From an uncultured Candidatus Saccharibacteria bacterium (GTDB lineage: Bacteria > Patescibacteriota > Minisyncoccia > UBA6257 > WO2-44-18): 51,505 nucleotides of DNA. The notes under the pieces were generated by a model. It was not told where the DNA came from. It saw nothing but the letters and a program-made list of their open reading frames with translations, and searched no databases. Positions 35,958 through 44,820 of the stretch are shown here, piece after piece (positions within the stretch are counted from its first letter, which is position 1; each line of letters starts with the position of its first letter). Made by a program: the position numbers and the translations under genes. Location: positions 1 to 51,505 of the forward strand of contig CAYJVO010000003.1 in assembly GCA_964373675.1 (NCBI GenBank). Reading direction: 5' to 3'.

Positions 35958-37061
35958 TTACAAACCGAGACTATAGAGTTTATTATCAATACGATTTAAG
36001 AAATATAGCTTATTATCCTGGATTTTAATGCGGTCCATGTCTATATTTTTGTTTTCTATTCCGGCATCAAAAATTGTAAAAATAAGGTTATTGATTGTAC
36101 TATCTATTCCTAAAGAATGCGGGATCAAATATATGTTATCAGCATAATAATTTATTTTTTTAAGATAGTCGTCCGGAAATCTAATAAGATTATTTTGATT
36201 AGCTGGCACAGCGCAATAGATTCGATTTGTCATGTTGTCATAAACACATTCATCAGGAACGGTGATAAATGACAGGGTGGCTAAAGATCGATTTTTATCG
36301 TCAATGAATTCCAATAGGGGCCTTCTATTTTTATTGGACAGTTTTAGTCCCAGCGAGCCGTTAGAAAACCATTTAGTTATTAAGCCAAGTTCTTTTTTAA
36401 TAATCGGTTTAACGGTTTTATTTCTTATGTTGAAGGACCATACCGAGCCATCAACTTCTTGGGATGGTTTTTCCATAATATAAATCTCATCTGGCGAAAC
36501 CCACTCTAATAAGACGTCCTTTTGATTGAAGCTGATAATTTCGGAAGATTGATTGTTTGATAGCGTTAATAAGTTAAGCGAATTTTTGTTTCCATTATTT
36601 TTAAGGTAGATTAATCTGTCAGAGGACTTGGGATCCCAGTCGGTAGCTACAGTTCCGTCCGGCAAGGGATTCCAGATTTTTCTTGCAGTATCAAATACAG
36701 CAAAAACTTCTTTTAGCGGATAACCAAAGGAAATGATTGCTTTTGATCCGTCAAATGAAGAATTTATATTGCTCAAACTTTGAATTGTTTGCGTTAAAAT
36801 GATTTCTTCAGCGCCGCCGGGCGATATTCGGTAAATACTGCCATTAAGATTAAGATAATAAATTTCTTTGTTAGCAGTTATCCAGTAATCAAAAACCGAC
36901 GCATCCGTTACAGGATTTATTTTTTTGATTAAAAGTTCTTCGCCTAATTTTGTTACCGGGCTTTTGGGCAGAACTTTTGATTGTATAAAATATCGCCATC
37001 CAGCATAAAGCAGCAAACCAGTTATTAAAATTATTCCTGTTATAATTAGAATTTTTTTCAT
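35958..37061 (-). CDS. Membrane-anchored extracellular protein, beta-propeller-like
   Basis: N-terminal TM helix; beta-rich repeats (SFDG, DWDP, EWVSP). Confidence 0.65.
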   Translation of the reverse strand: MKKILIITGIILITGLLLYAGWRYFIQSKVLPKSPVTKLGEELLIKKINPVTDASVFDYWITANKEIYYLNLNGSIYRISPGGAEEIILTQTIQSLSNINSSFDGSKAIISFGYPLKEVFAVFDTARKIWNPLPDGTVATDWDPKSSDRLIYLKNNGNKNSLNLLTLSNNQSSEIISFNQKDVLLEWVSPDEIYIMEKPSQEVDGSVWSFNIRNKTVKPIIKKELGLITKWFSNGSLGLKLSNKNRRPLLEFIDDKNRSLATLSFITVPDECVYDNMTNRIYCAVPANQNNLIRFPDDYLKKINYYADNIYLIPHSLGIDSTINNLIFTIFDAGIENKNIDMDRIKIQDNKLYFLNRIDNKLYSLGL

Positions 37062-37070
37062 AGTTTACCG

Positions 37071-38138
37071 TTATCGCGCCGTTTCTGCAGCTTGCAGTCT
37101 AGCTGAAGCAGTATTCGCGGCTTGTCTTGTTTGAATTACGGCTTGGTTAGCGGCATTTGCTTGTTGGAGTAATTCGCTATAAGCTCTATTGACCATAGCC
37201 AGGGTTTGAAAGAAGCTTGCTTCTTGGTTTTTGGGTGCATCTCCGTAGTCTTTTTCGGCTTGAATAACTTGAAGTTTTTGTATCTTTGCCCTTTGCGATA
37301 ATTCAAGGTACTCAAGCTCTTTGGCTTTAGCATTAAGTTCTGCCACTTCCCATTCGTTCCTTAATTTATTTATTTCTCCAAACTTTGCGCCTTGTTCTGA
37401 TAATTTTTGTTCGGCCTCCTGCTTTTCTGACAACAATGATCGCAATTTCTCCTCATATTCCTTTCTTTGTTGTTCCTCTTCTTGCCGTCTTTTTCCAATG
37501 ATTTCATTAAGGCTAAGCCTTTCTTCTAATTCTAAAACTTTTTTGGCAAGGGGTTTTATTTCCGGCAGTTTCAATTTAGTTAGTTGCGGATCAATGGTGC
37601 GAAGAATAATATAGGATCCAAAAAGCAGCGCCAAACCGTAAATTGCATTTAAAATCCGGTCTTTAGCGTCTTTCTGCAGAGAAGGATTGCCGGCAGAAAT
37701 CGTATATTGGATTGCGCCGAATATAATCATAGCCATTGCTACTAAACCGGCAGCACCCATGCCAAATTGAAAAACGGTTCTTACAAATTCTGCCGGACTG
37801 GAAATTGTAGTTTTTAGTCCTTCCGGCGTAGGAATGGGAATAATTAGTTTATAGCCCCCTGACTGTTGAGCCGACTGTTGTGCTCGGAGTTTATGTGCTC
37901 GGCGTTCAATAGTCTGTTTTTCTTCAGGAGTTACTTGACCTGCGCCCGTTTCTAAAAATTTTTCAAAATTCTCTACGAAAAATCCTTGCTCTTCCTGCAA
38001 TCTTTTTCTGGCTGCCGCGGTTTTTTCCGCATCTGTCTCTTGAGCAAAAACAATGCTAGAAAATAGAAAATAGAAAATAGAAAATAGGGTCAAAATGAAT
38101 GCCGTTCCAATTTCCAATTTCTTAATTTCTAGTTTCAT
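37071..38138 (-). CDS. Pilin-like (TrbC/VirB2-type hydrophobic hairpin) protein with coiled-coil tail
   Basis: Signal peptide; FGMGAAGLVAMAMIIFGAIQYTISAGNPS...AKDRI.NAI.GL.LL..SYIIL.TIDP.L. Confidence 0.7.
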   Translation of the reverse strand: MKLEIKKLEIGTAFILTLFSIFYFLFSSIVFAQETDAEKTAAARKRLQEEQGFFVENFEKFLETGAGQVTPEEKQTIERRAHKLRAQQSAQQSGGYKLIIPIPTPEGLKTTISSPAEFVRTVFQFGMGAAGLVAMAMIIFGAIQYTISAGNPSLQKDAKDRILNAIYGLALLFGSYIILRTIDPQLTKLKLPEIKPLAKKVLELEERLSLNEIIGKRRQEEEQQRKEYEEKLRSLLSEKQEAEQKLSEQGAKFGEINKLRNEWEVAELNAKAKELEYLELSQRAKIQKLQVIQAEKDYGDAPKNQEASFFQTLAMVNRAYSELLQQANAANQAVIQTRQAANTASARLQAAETAR

Positions 38139-38144
38139 GTTTTT

Positions 38145-38837
38145 TTATTGGCTTAAAAAATTTAATGAATTGCTGGTGGATTCCAGAACTTGTTTTAAAT
38201 TTTTGACTAAAACGCTGATATTTATATTTATTCCCGCAGGCAGAGACGCCAATTCTAAAATATTTGGATTTTCCGGTGTGCCTTCCGGCCGCTGGCCGTT
38301 AACTGTCCATTCAAAATTAAGCTGGTTTAAGCTGGCAGTGTTGAAAAAATACGGCAAAGCTTTAAAGATATTATCGGCTAAAGGCGTTATTACCACTTCT
38401 GGTTCGGCAATTGGTATAACAATAGTTTCTTCTAAATTGGCGCCTCGGTAGCGGCGGACTTCTATTCTTATTGTTTTGTCTTGTCGTTCAAAACGTAGTG
38501 GAATATAAGTCAAAGTTTTTAATCCCAAACCAGATTTTTGGAGCTGATTATTTATAAACCAGCGAACCTCATTCCCGGCTAAATTAACTATTCTGCTATT
38601 TTCCAGCAATTCAAAAGCGATTTCTATTGGTGAAGTCGGTGAGGGCAGAGCTTTGCCTGGGTAATCCGGCGGAACATAAGAATTGGCTTTCCAGGAAACC
38701 ATAAACTCTGGCGCTTGTTGGCCTCTAGAGGACAGAGGATAGAGGATAGAGAAAAGCAAAGAAAATAAAACAAGCGTAATCGCAAAATTCGTGAAAATAC
38801 TGCCCTCCCTCCTCTTTTCCCTATGCTCTTTTATCAT
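38145..38837 (-). CDS. Hypothetical exported Ig-like protein
   Basis: TM/signal helix, SWKANSYVPPDYPGKALP, W.ING/VNG beta strands. Confidence 0.65.
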   Translation of the reverse strand: MIKEHREKRREGSIFTNFAITLVLFSLLFSILYPLSSRGQQAPEFMVSWKANSYVPPDYPGKALPSPTSPIEIAFELLENSRIVNLAGNEVRWFINNQLQKSGLGLKTLTYIPLRFERQDKTIRIEVRRYRGANLEETIVIPIAEPEVVITPLADNIFKALPYFFNTASLNQLNFEWTVNGQRPEGTPENPNILELASLPAGININISVLVKNLKQVLESTSNSLNFLSQ

Positions 38838-39229
38838 ATCTTTTTAATCACTTCCGTTATCCTTTTTGCTTTTTGAGCTACCGGCGCGGCTGACTTTACT
38901 TCTTTTAAAGCGGCGATTCTCTGAACTTTTTCTTTCAGTTCACCTTGTTTCCCTTTAGCCATCAATTCCGGATGCCGATCTAAGTAAACCGTGGCCGCCA
39001 TTGCAAGGGTATAGGCCGGTAAAACGCTTAAGACCGGTATCAACTCTAAAATATTGCCGATCAGAGCATAATGTCCTCTTACTCCTTTAATCCTAAAATA
39101 GATTTGAGTGATCGGAAACATAACGGCTGCCACAACCCAGTTCACTACTGGAATCCAGTTAATTAGGTCAGCGATAATGCCGGCAAGGATGAGAAAAACT
39201 GCTTCAGTCGTGGAGATTTTCGGGCTCAT
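38834..39229 (-). CDS. Hypothetical membrane protein
   Basis: D..NWIP, ELIP.LS.LP hydrophobic segments; ATGA-type overlap with the next gene. Confidence 0.65.
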   Translation of the reverse strand: MSPKISTTEAVFLILAGIIADLINWIPVVNWVVAAVMFPITQIYFRIKGVRGHYALIGNILELIPVLSVLPAYTLAMAATVYLDRHPELMAKGKQGELKEKVQRIAALKEVKSAAPVAQKAKRITEVIKKI

Positions 39230-40926
39230 TGTTGTTGTAATACCTGTTCCGGTTTGGTGGTAATGATTTGGTCTTCTAAATACGACGCGATTACTTGAAT
39301 TGCCACATGGTTGGGACCGACAAAAAACAGTCCTTGCCCAATCCCGACTTCTAGTAAAAGATTTTTTTCATATTCAGTTAAATTGAAAGCTTTGGCCACC
39401 ACATCAATGGTTGCCGGCGCTTGTTTTAAAAGGAGCTGCAGAGAGGAGTTAGTAATAATTGGTCGGCCAAAAGGAGAATTCAGGAAATCTTCAACATCTT
39501 GAGTAACAGTAGTGACGCCAAGGTAATATTTACGGGCACGTTTTACCAGACCAAAAAGAAATGAAGCGCCTTCGGGGTATTTCATCATCCACCAAGCTTC
39601 ATCTACAATCAGAACTCGTTTTTTCAATTCAGCGCGGATCAAATTCCAGATAAAATTTAAAATAATGTACATAGCGATCGGCCGCAGTTCTTCTTCCAAG
39701 TCGCGGATGGAAAAGACGATCAGACGATTTTTGATATCAATATTAGTCGGCTTATTAGTGAAGCCGGCAAAACTCCCTTTAGTGAAGCGGTAAAGCCGCT
39801 GGGCAAGATCGTGGCCGCCTTTCATATTGGCAAGGACTTTTTCTAAATCTTCCAAAAGCGGGGGTTCGGCTTTGGAAAAATCTTTGCCGGGGATAATATC
39901 GCGGGCGGCATAAGTTTCACTAATGGCTTGGTCAAGCATTGCTTCTTCTTCAGAGGTGATTTCTCCGAGCATGAGTTTCAGGAGGCCAGCCAGATTTACA
40001 ATATGGGAACGCAAAACTTCAGCTGGATCTTCGTCTTTAGGGATAATCGGGATTTCAAAGGGATTGATGTTATCTGTGGAGGTTAGCGAGATTTTGAATA
40101 AACTGCCGCCGACAGCATTGGCAAGGTTTTGATATTCATTTTCCGGGTCAATGATGACAACATCGGTTCCAAGCATCAGGAGACGCAGAGTTTCCAGTTT
40201 GGTGGCGTATGATTTTCCGGCTCCGGATTTGGCAAAAATTACCATATTGGCGTTTTCTAAAGAAAAGCGATCAAAAACTATCAAAGTATTGTTATGGCGA
40301 TTAAGACCGTAGAGCATGCCGTCATCAGAAGTAAGATTGGCTGACACGAACGGGAAAAAGGAAGAAACTGGACTGGAGTTTAGCGGAGTATGGATAGATA
40401 ATTTGTCGGTTCCCAGGGGCAAGGTTGAGCTTAAACCTTCCAATTGCTGGAAAATCGCCGGTTTGGCATAAATTAGCCGGCTTTCCAAAAGATTGCTGAT
40501 TTGCGCTTCTAATTTATTGAGATTTTCCAGCGTATCGGCGTAAAGAGTGATGTATAATCCAACATTAAAGAGCTGTTCTGTGGCTTGCTGGAGTGAATCT
40601 CGGAGCGCTTCAATGTCTTGAAGAGCGGTTTCCAAAACCGGATTGCGCACCAATCCTTTTTCTTCCTGTTCGCTGATTTGGGCCTGCACCTGAGCGGCTT
40701 TTTTGCGAAGATTTTTAAGAGCCAGAGCAGTATCAATAGAGTGAACGAATATGGAGATGTCCAATAAATTCGGAAGATTAATGATCGGCGAGAACCATCC
40801 GGTTGAAAGATAGCGAGGGTAAGAAAAGATAAAAAGAGTCTTGGCAAACTTTTTTCCCAGCTTCAAGTAATTGGAATCAATTTCCAACGCCGGCGGGGCT
40901 AGTAAGTCTTTAAATTGTTGGTCCAT
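39226..40926 (-). CDS. VirB4/TraE-like ATPase
   Basis: YGLN, FDRF, AKSGAGKS (Walker A), IDPENEY, INPF, IVDEAW (Walker B), RARKY, TQD. Confidence 0.9.
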   Translation of the reverse strand: MDQQFKDLLAPPALEIDSNYLKLGKKFAKTLFIFSYPRYLSTGWFSPIINLPNLLDISIFVHSIDTALALKNLRKKAAQVQAQISEQEEKGLVRNPVLETALQDIEALRDSLQQATEQLFNVGLYITLYADTLENLNKLEAQISNLLESRLIYAKPAIFQQLEGLSSTLPLGTDKLSIHTPLNSSPVSSFFPFVSANLTSDDGMLYGLNRHNNTLIVFDRFSLENANMVIFAKSGAGKSYATKLETLRLLMLGTDVVIIDPENEYQNLANAVGGSLFKISLTSTDNINPFEIPIIPKDEDPAEVLRSHIVNLAGLLKLMLGEITSEEEAMLDQAISETYAARDIIPGKDFSKAEPPLLEDLEKVLANMKGGHDLAQRLYRFTKGSFAGFTNKPTNIDIKNRLIVFSIRDLEEELRPIAMYIILNFIWNLIRAELKKRVLIVDEAWWMMKYPEGASFLFGLVKRARKYYLGVTTVTQDVEDFLNSPFGRPIITNSSLQLLLKQAPATIDVVAKAFNLTEYEKNLLLEVGIGQGLFFVGPNHVAIQVIASYLEDQIITTKPEQVLQQQ

Positions 40927-40943
40927 GTTTTAGAATTTAGATT

Positions 40944-41618
40944 TTAGGATTTAGGATTGTTTTCTAACACACCTTTTTTCTCAATTGTTTCCGGATTGTA
41001 AAGATTGTAGAAGAGTTCCGTCACCGAAGCGGTGTCTAGGGCAATAGCATTTAAACCGATTGCGCCAAGCGCGCTGACGACCTGTTTCACTCGTTGACCG
41101 AGCTGTACTAAACCTTTGGCAATTTGCTGTTCTTTTTCTTGTTGAGTAGCCTGCGGCGAGGTTTTTTTGCCGAAGAGCCCCATAATTTTGGCGGCGATTC
41201 CCGCTGCGATTTGAGGGATTTGGATCGGATCAAAAGGTATAATGACAAAAAAAGTCTTGTTCATAATCGGGTTTTCGGTTATAAAGGAGGAAACGAATTG
41301 GCGATACTCGCCAATTTGATTTTTTAAAAGTTCATTTTGTTCCTCCTGCTGGCGAGTGCTCAATTTTTCCAAATAGCGATCCAGATTAATTTTTCGGGAG
41401 TGAATGAAAAATTGAAGCGAAAAGTCCAGCGCGTTTAAAAGATTTTGGTAACCGTAAAGAATAAGATTTTGCTCTTCTTCGGATTTCAGGTCAAAATTTA
41501 CGCCGGCAACCATTAAGATTTGGCGAAGGGCGCCGTTTTTTAAAATAATCACGCCATCGCGGACTTCTTCAATTTCCACTATTTGCTGAGAAAATTTTGC
41601 TGTTGTTGGTTGAGCCAT
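40944..41618 (-). CDS. VirB4-associated protein (TraE N-terminal-like)
   Basis: DGVIILKNG.LR.IL.V..VNF.LKSEEEQ, F.LQ..I.SR; position between PrgI-like gene and VirB4. Confidence 0.7.
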   Translation of the reverse strand: MAQPTTAKFSQQIVEIEEVRDGVIILKNGALRQILMVAGVNFDLKSEEEQNLILYGYQNLLNALDFSLQFFIHSRKINLDRYLEKLSTRQQEEQNELLKNQIGEYRQFVSSFITENPIMNKTFFVIIPFDPIQIPQIAAGIAAKIMGLFGKKTSPQATQQEKEQQIAKGLVQLGQRVKQVVSALGAIGLNAIALDTASVTELFYNLYNPETIEKKGVLENNPKS

Positions 41619-41655
41619 ACTTTAATTATTGTTTAGAAATCAGAAATTGGAAATT

Positions 41656-42129
41656 TTAGCGGTAGTCTATTTTTCTTGCGAATCTTTTTTGGCTGAACGC
41701 TTGTTTATACACATCCAGCCTTTCTTTTTGCGCCATCTGAGTTGGGATCCGCAGAGTGGTGGTGATTTTCAGCCAAATTCTTTTAAGCGGAGAAACAATT
41801 TCCAGACGAGGGGCTTCCGGTATTTTAATTTCCGGAACAGCAGCGATTTCTTCAGATTTTTTCCATAAATAAAGTTTTGGTTGAGTCGCGTATTTTAAAG
41901 CCGAAGCGATTATCACCGGCATTGGTCGGCCATTATACTTTAAAAATGCCAAAATTGCCGCTGTCGTCCCGAGGATTGCAGTGACGATGAACCAAAACCA
42001 GAGTTTCAGGACAAAAAACAGCAAGAAACTGATCAGTCCGGCCGCCGCCAAATAAATAAATTGTTTGAGCGTCAGCGGCCCGACGATTTTATCCTCCATT
42101 TCTATAAATTGTGGAACTTGAAATTGCAT
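41656..42129 (-). CDS. PrgI family protein
   Basis: QFQVPQFIE.EDKIVGPLTLKQF, two TM helices, YNGRP. Confidence 0.85.
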   Translation of the reverse strand: MQFQVPQFIEMEDKIVGPLTLKQFIYLAAAGLISFLLFFVLKLWFWFIVTAILGTTAAILAFLKYNGRPMPVIIASALKYATQPKLYLWKKSEEIAAVPEIKIPEAPRLEIVSPLKRIWLKITTTLRIPTQMAQKERLDVYKQAFSQKRFARKIDYR

Positions 42130-42133
42130 ATCA

Positions 42134-42639
42134 GTTGATGAGTTAAAGAGTTGATGAGTTGATGAGGTTGACTTTGTTTTCCGGAAAATTTTCTATGAAT
42201 TTTATGTAGCCAAAAATTGCTTTTCTAAGGTTAATATACTGGCCCGAAACTTTTTTTGCTGTTTCTTGGTCAATAAACCCTTTATCGGAACATCGTAGGA
42301 TATTGGTTCTTGTTTCTTCTAATTCCGCTATCGCAATATCCCTTAATATATGTATTTTATCGCGTTTATGCTGTTTATAATAAGCCTCAGCAATATTATT
42401 AGTTATTGAAGAAGACGATCTATTTAATTGATCAACGCTTCTAAACCGCTCGTCTTTGGGAAAAGCTTTAGTGAGCTCGCGAACTTCCAGTTCTAGATCT
42501 TTAGCCATATTGTAAATTTTTAAGTTTTCTATTCCTGTAGCCATTGAAATTATTCCTCATTAACTGTAGCGAAGCCAAGTCTGACTTAGCGAAGCCAAGT
42601 CTGACTTGGCGAAGCGTAACTCATTAACTCTTCAACTCA
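42134..42639. mobile_element. Putative cassette: 8-mer array - four-helix-bundle gene - CTCATTAACTGTAGCG end
   Basis: Both ends recur without the gene at 49053-49137 and 49581-49665. Confidence 0.55.
42143..42544 (-). CDS. Four-helix-bundle protein (23S IVS protein/bAvd-like)
   Basis: ENLKIY, FPKDERF...DQL.RSS.SI..NIAE, IA..EL.E. Confidence 0.88.
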   Translation of the reverse strand: MATGIENLKIYNMAKDLELEVRELTKAFPKDERFRSVDQLNRSSSSITNNIAEAYYKQHKRDKIHILRDIAIAELEETRTNILRCSDKGFIDQETAKKVSGQYINLRKAIFGYIKFIENFPENKVNLINSSTL

Positions 42640-43226
42640 GTCTTCATATTGCTATAATGAACCTTTTTTGGTTCATCATCGTGGGTCGGAATAGGGCCGA
42701 TACTCGGAACCTTAAAAGCTTGGGGCGCTTGTCCCGCCAACGGCGAGAGTTTTGGCGGGGACGGAGCCTCTGTTTGTTCCGGTATAGTTAAAATAAATCC
42801 TGGTTTGGAAATAAAGAATTTATATAAAGAATAGCGATTGGATTTTAGCCAATTAATTTTTTCTTCAGCTGTTCCCCCGGGTATAGCTTTTGAGAATTGT
42901 TTTTGTAGAAATTCTAATTCTGTTGCAGGTAGTGATTCATAAACAGCTTTCATAGCTTCTTCGTTAAGAGAATCAATTACCGCTTTCATAATCACCGGCT
43001 TAGCTGATTTTTCCCATTCCTCCGAGGTTAAATTACCTCTAAAAGCTGGAGCGCCTTCTATGATGAGTATCCATTCAATATCTTCCCAATCTTCAGGTTT
43101 AAAATTAGTTAATATCCGTTGAAGATTGCTTTGGGTCAAAGAATAGTCTTTTTTTTGTAAAGCTTCCCAAACCGTTGGTTCCCAGATCGGTATTGAATTT
43201 ATAATTATTTTTTCTACTGCTGGCAT
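42624..43226 (-). CDS. Hypothetical protein
   Basis: 200-aa ORF with Pro-rich linker; last codons and stop lie inside the repeat end. Confidence 0.65.
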   Translation of the reverse strand: MPAVEKIIINSIPIWEPTVWEALQKKDYSLTQSNLQRILTNFKPEDWEDIEWILIIEGAPAFRGNLTSEEWEKSAKPVIMKAVIDSLNEEAMKAVYESLPATELEFLQKQFSKAIPGGTAEEKINWLKSNRYSLYKFFISKPGFILTIPEQTEAPSPPKLSPLAGQAPQAFKVPSIGPIPTHDDEPKKVHYSNMKTELKS

Positions 43227-43290
43227 AATTAGGTTTTTTTCTCAGCGCTTTTTTCTTTTTTTTCACCTTCCTCTTCTATTAATGCTTTAG

Positions 43291-44820
43291 CTAATTCTTT
43301 CGTCTTTTTTTCTTCGGCATCGTTTCATGGCGTCCGAAGCCGAGCTTTAGTCCCTCTAAGAGTTCGTTAGCAACAGCGGGTTCCATTTTAATTAAGTCAA
43401 GTCTCTTATTTCTTGCTAATTCAGATAGAATAAGCATTTTCATTGGTTTTGGAGCAAATTTGTATCTTCTAGCTATTTCTTCCAAAGATAATCCTTTGAT
43501 TGATTGTTCGTAAGGTTTCAATATCTGTTTTTCAGCCGTCATGCGAATATTAGCTAGTCCAGCGCCAGCTGTTCTCAAAAGCGGCACTTTCTGCATACCC
43601 GCAACTATGTTGCGACCGATTTGAGTTCTTAGTGGCCAAGAGCCGGCCCGCAAACCGATTCTTCCAGTTTGACCAATGGCGAAGTTTTTCACGGCTCCGG
43701 TTTGACCAATGGCGAAGTTTTTCACGGCTCCGGCCCATCTTAACCCCATATCTGCTCCGCTGATGCTCATAGAATTGGCAGCCATTAGTCCGCCGACCAT
43801 TAAACCAGCCGAAATAATAATTTGAAGAAAAAGTCCTAGGGCATCTTGAATTAAAAGCCCATCATTAACAAAACGCGCAATTTGACTTGAGGCCGTATGC
43901 TGGTTAATCGATTCGCCAATTTTATCAACGGTCACTAAAGCAAGATAGATGAAGAAGGTTGCGGCTGGCAAAAAGAAATTCCACTGTAAGAATTTTGACC
44001 ACCAATTCCTCCAAAGGTGGCTAAGATTTGGGAAAATCCACATCAGCCAAGCCAGTGGCATTAAAAGAAGAAGAATGGTGAGCATGATATAGCGGATCAA
44101 AAGCATAAATCCCGTGACGAACATTACTATAGCCGTAATGGCTCCAAAAATAATCATGAAAATGGGGGCTAAAACTAATGAAATTAATTTAAAAACTACT
44201 CCCTCAACATCAGAAATATCATTCCTGACCGATAACAATTTTTGGGGATTAAAAGCGGCCATAATATTGTTGGTGAAAAGCGCTGGATCACCACCGGCTC
44301 CTTGATTGACAAAGACGGCTGCCAGCGCATTATTGAAATCTACAATTGGTGCGGCAATCACTAAACTAAAATTTACTAATAAAGCCGCAACAATGAGTTT
44401 CCACAGAGTTTTTTTAATGGCATAACTTTCAATTCTTAAAATAGTTGCAAAGGCAATAATGATAATTGCTAACACGAAACCGAGATTGGTAATGTCTAAG
44501 ACGACACCAAACCCGTTTTTTAAAAGATGATTGGTATCCAGATTAAAGACTTGGGCGTTGAAAGCGAGCATGAAATTAATAAGATCCGTCCCTACGCTAA
44601 TTAAGTACTGAATGGCGATTGCCGGAATGAATGTAACATACCGCAGTAATAAGGATATGCCTTCCTCTACGCAGGCATACAAGTCACCAGGACCGCAATT
44701 TACGAAAGCCGGCTGCGTTAATAACTCGCTGACATTTTGAGCAGAAGCGAAGTTCGCCGCAAAAAGAAAAACGGCAATCAGTGAAATTAATAAAATTTTA
44801 TTTACGGAATGTTTCTGCAT
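43291..44820 (-). CDS. VirB6/TrbL-like polytopic membrane protein
   Basis: D..NL.F....IIIAF.TIL, L..LI.AALLVNFS, R.I.L..L..L.PLA......P, W..WW..F..W.FF.P; possible frameshift near the 3' end. Confidence 0.7.
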   Translation of the reverse strand: MQKHSVNKILLISLIAVFLFAANFASAQNVSELLTQPAFVNCGPGDLYACVEEGISLLLRYVTFIPAIAIQYLISVGTDLINFMLAFNAQVFNLDTNHLLKNGFGVVLDITNLGFVLAIIIIAFATILRIESYAIKKTLWKLIVAALLVNFSLVIAAPIVDFNNALAAVFVNQGAGGDPALFTNNIMAAFNPQKLLSVRNDISDVEGVVFKLISLVLAPIFMIIFGAITAIVMFVTGFMLLIRYIMLTILLLLMPLAWLMWIFPNLSHLWRNWWSKFLQWNFFLPAATFFIYLALVTVDKIGESINQHTASSQIARFVNDGLLIQDALGLFLQIIISAGLMVGGLMAANSMSISGADMGLRWAGAVKNFAIGQTGAVKNFAIGQTGRIGLRAGSWPLRTQIGRNIVAGMQKVPLLRTAGAGLANIRMTAEKQILKPYEQSIKGLSLEEIARRYKFAPKPMKMLILSELARNKRLDLIKMEPAVANELLEGLKLGFGRHETMPKKKRRKN

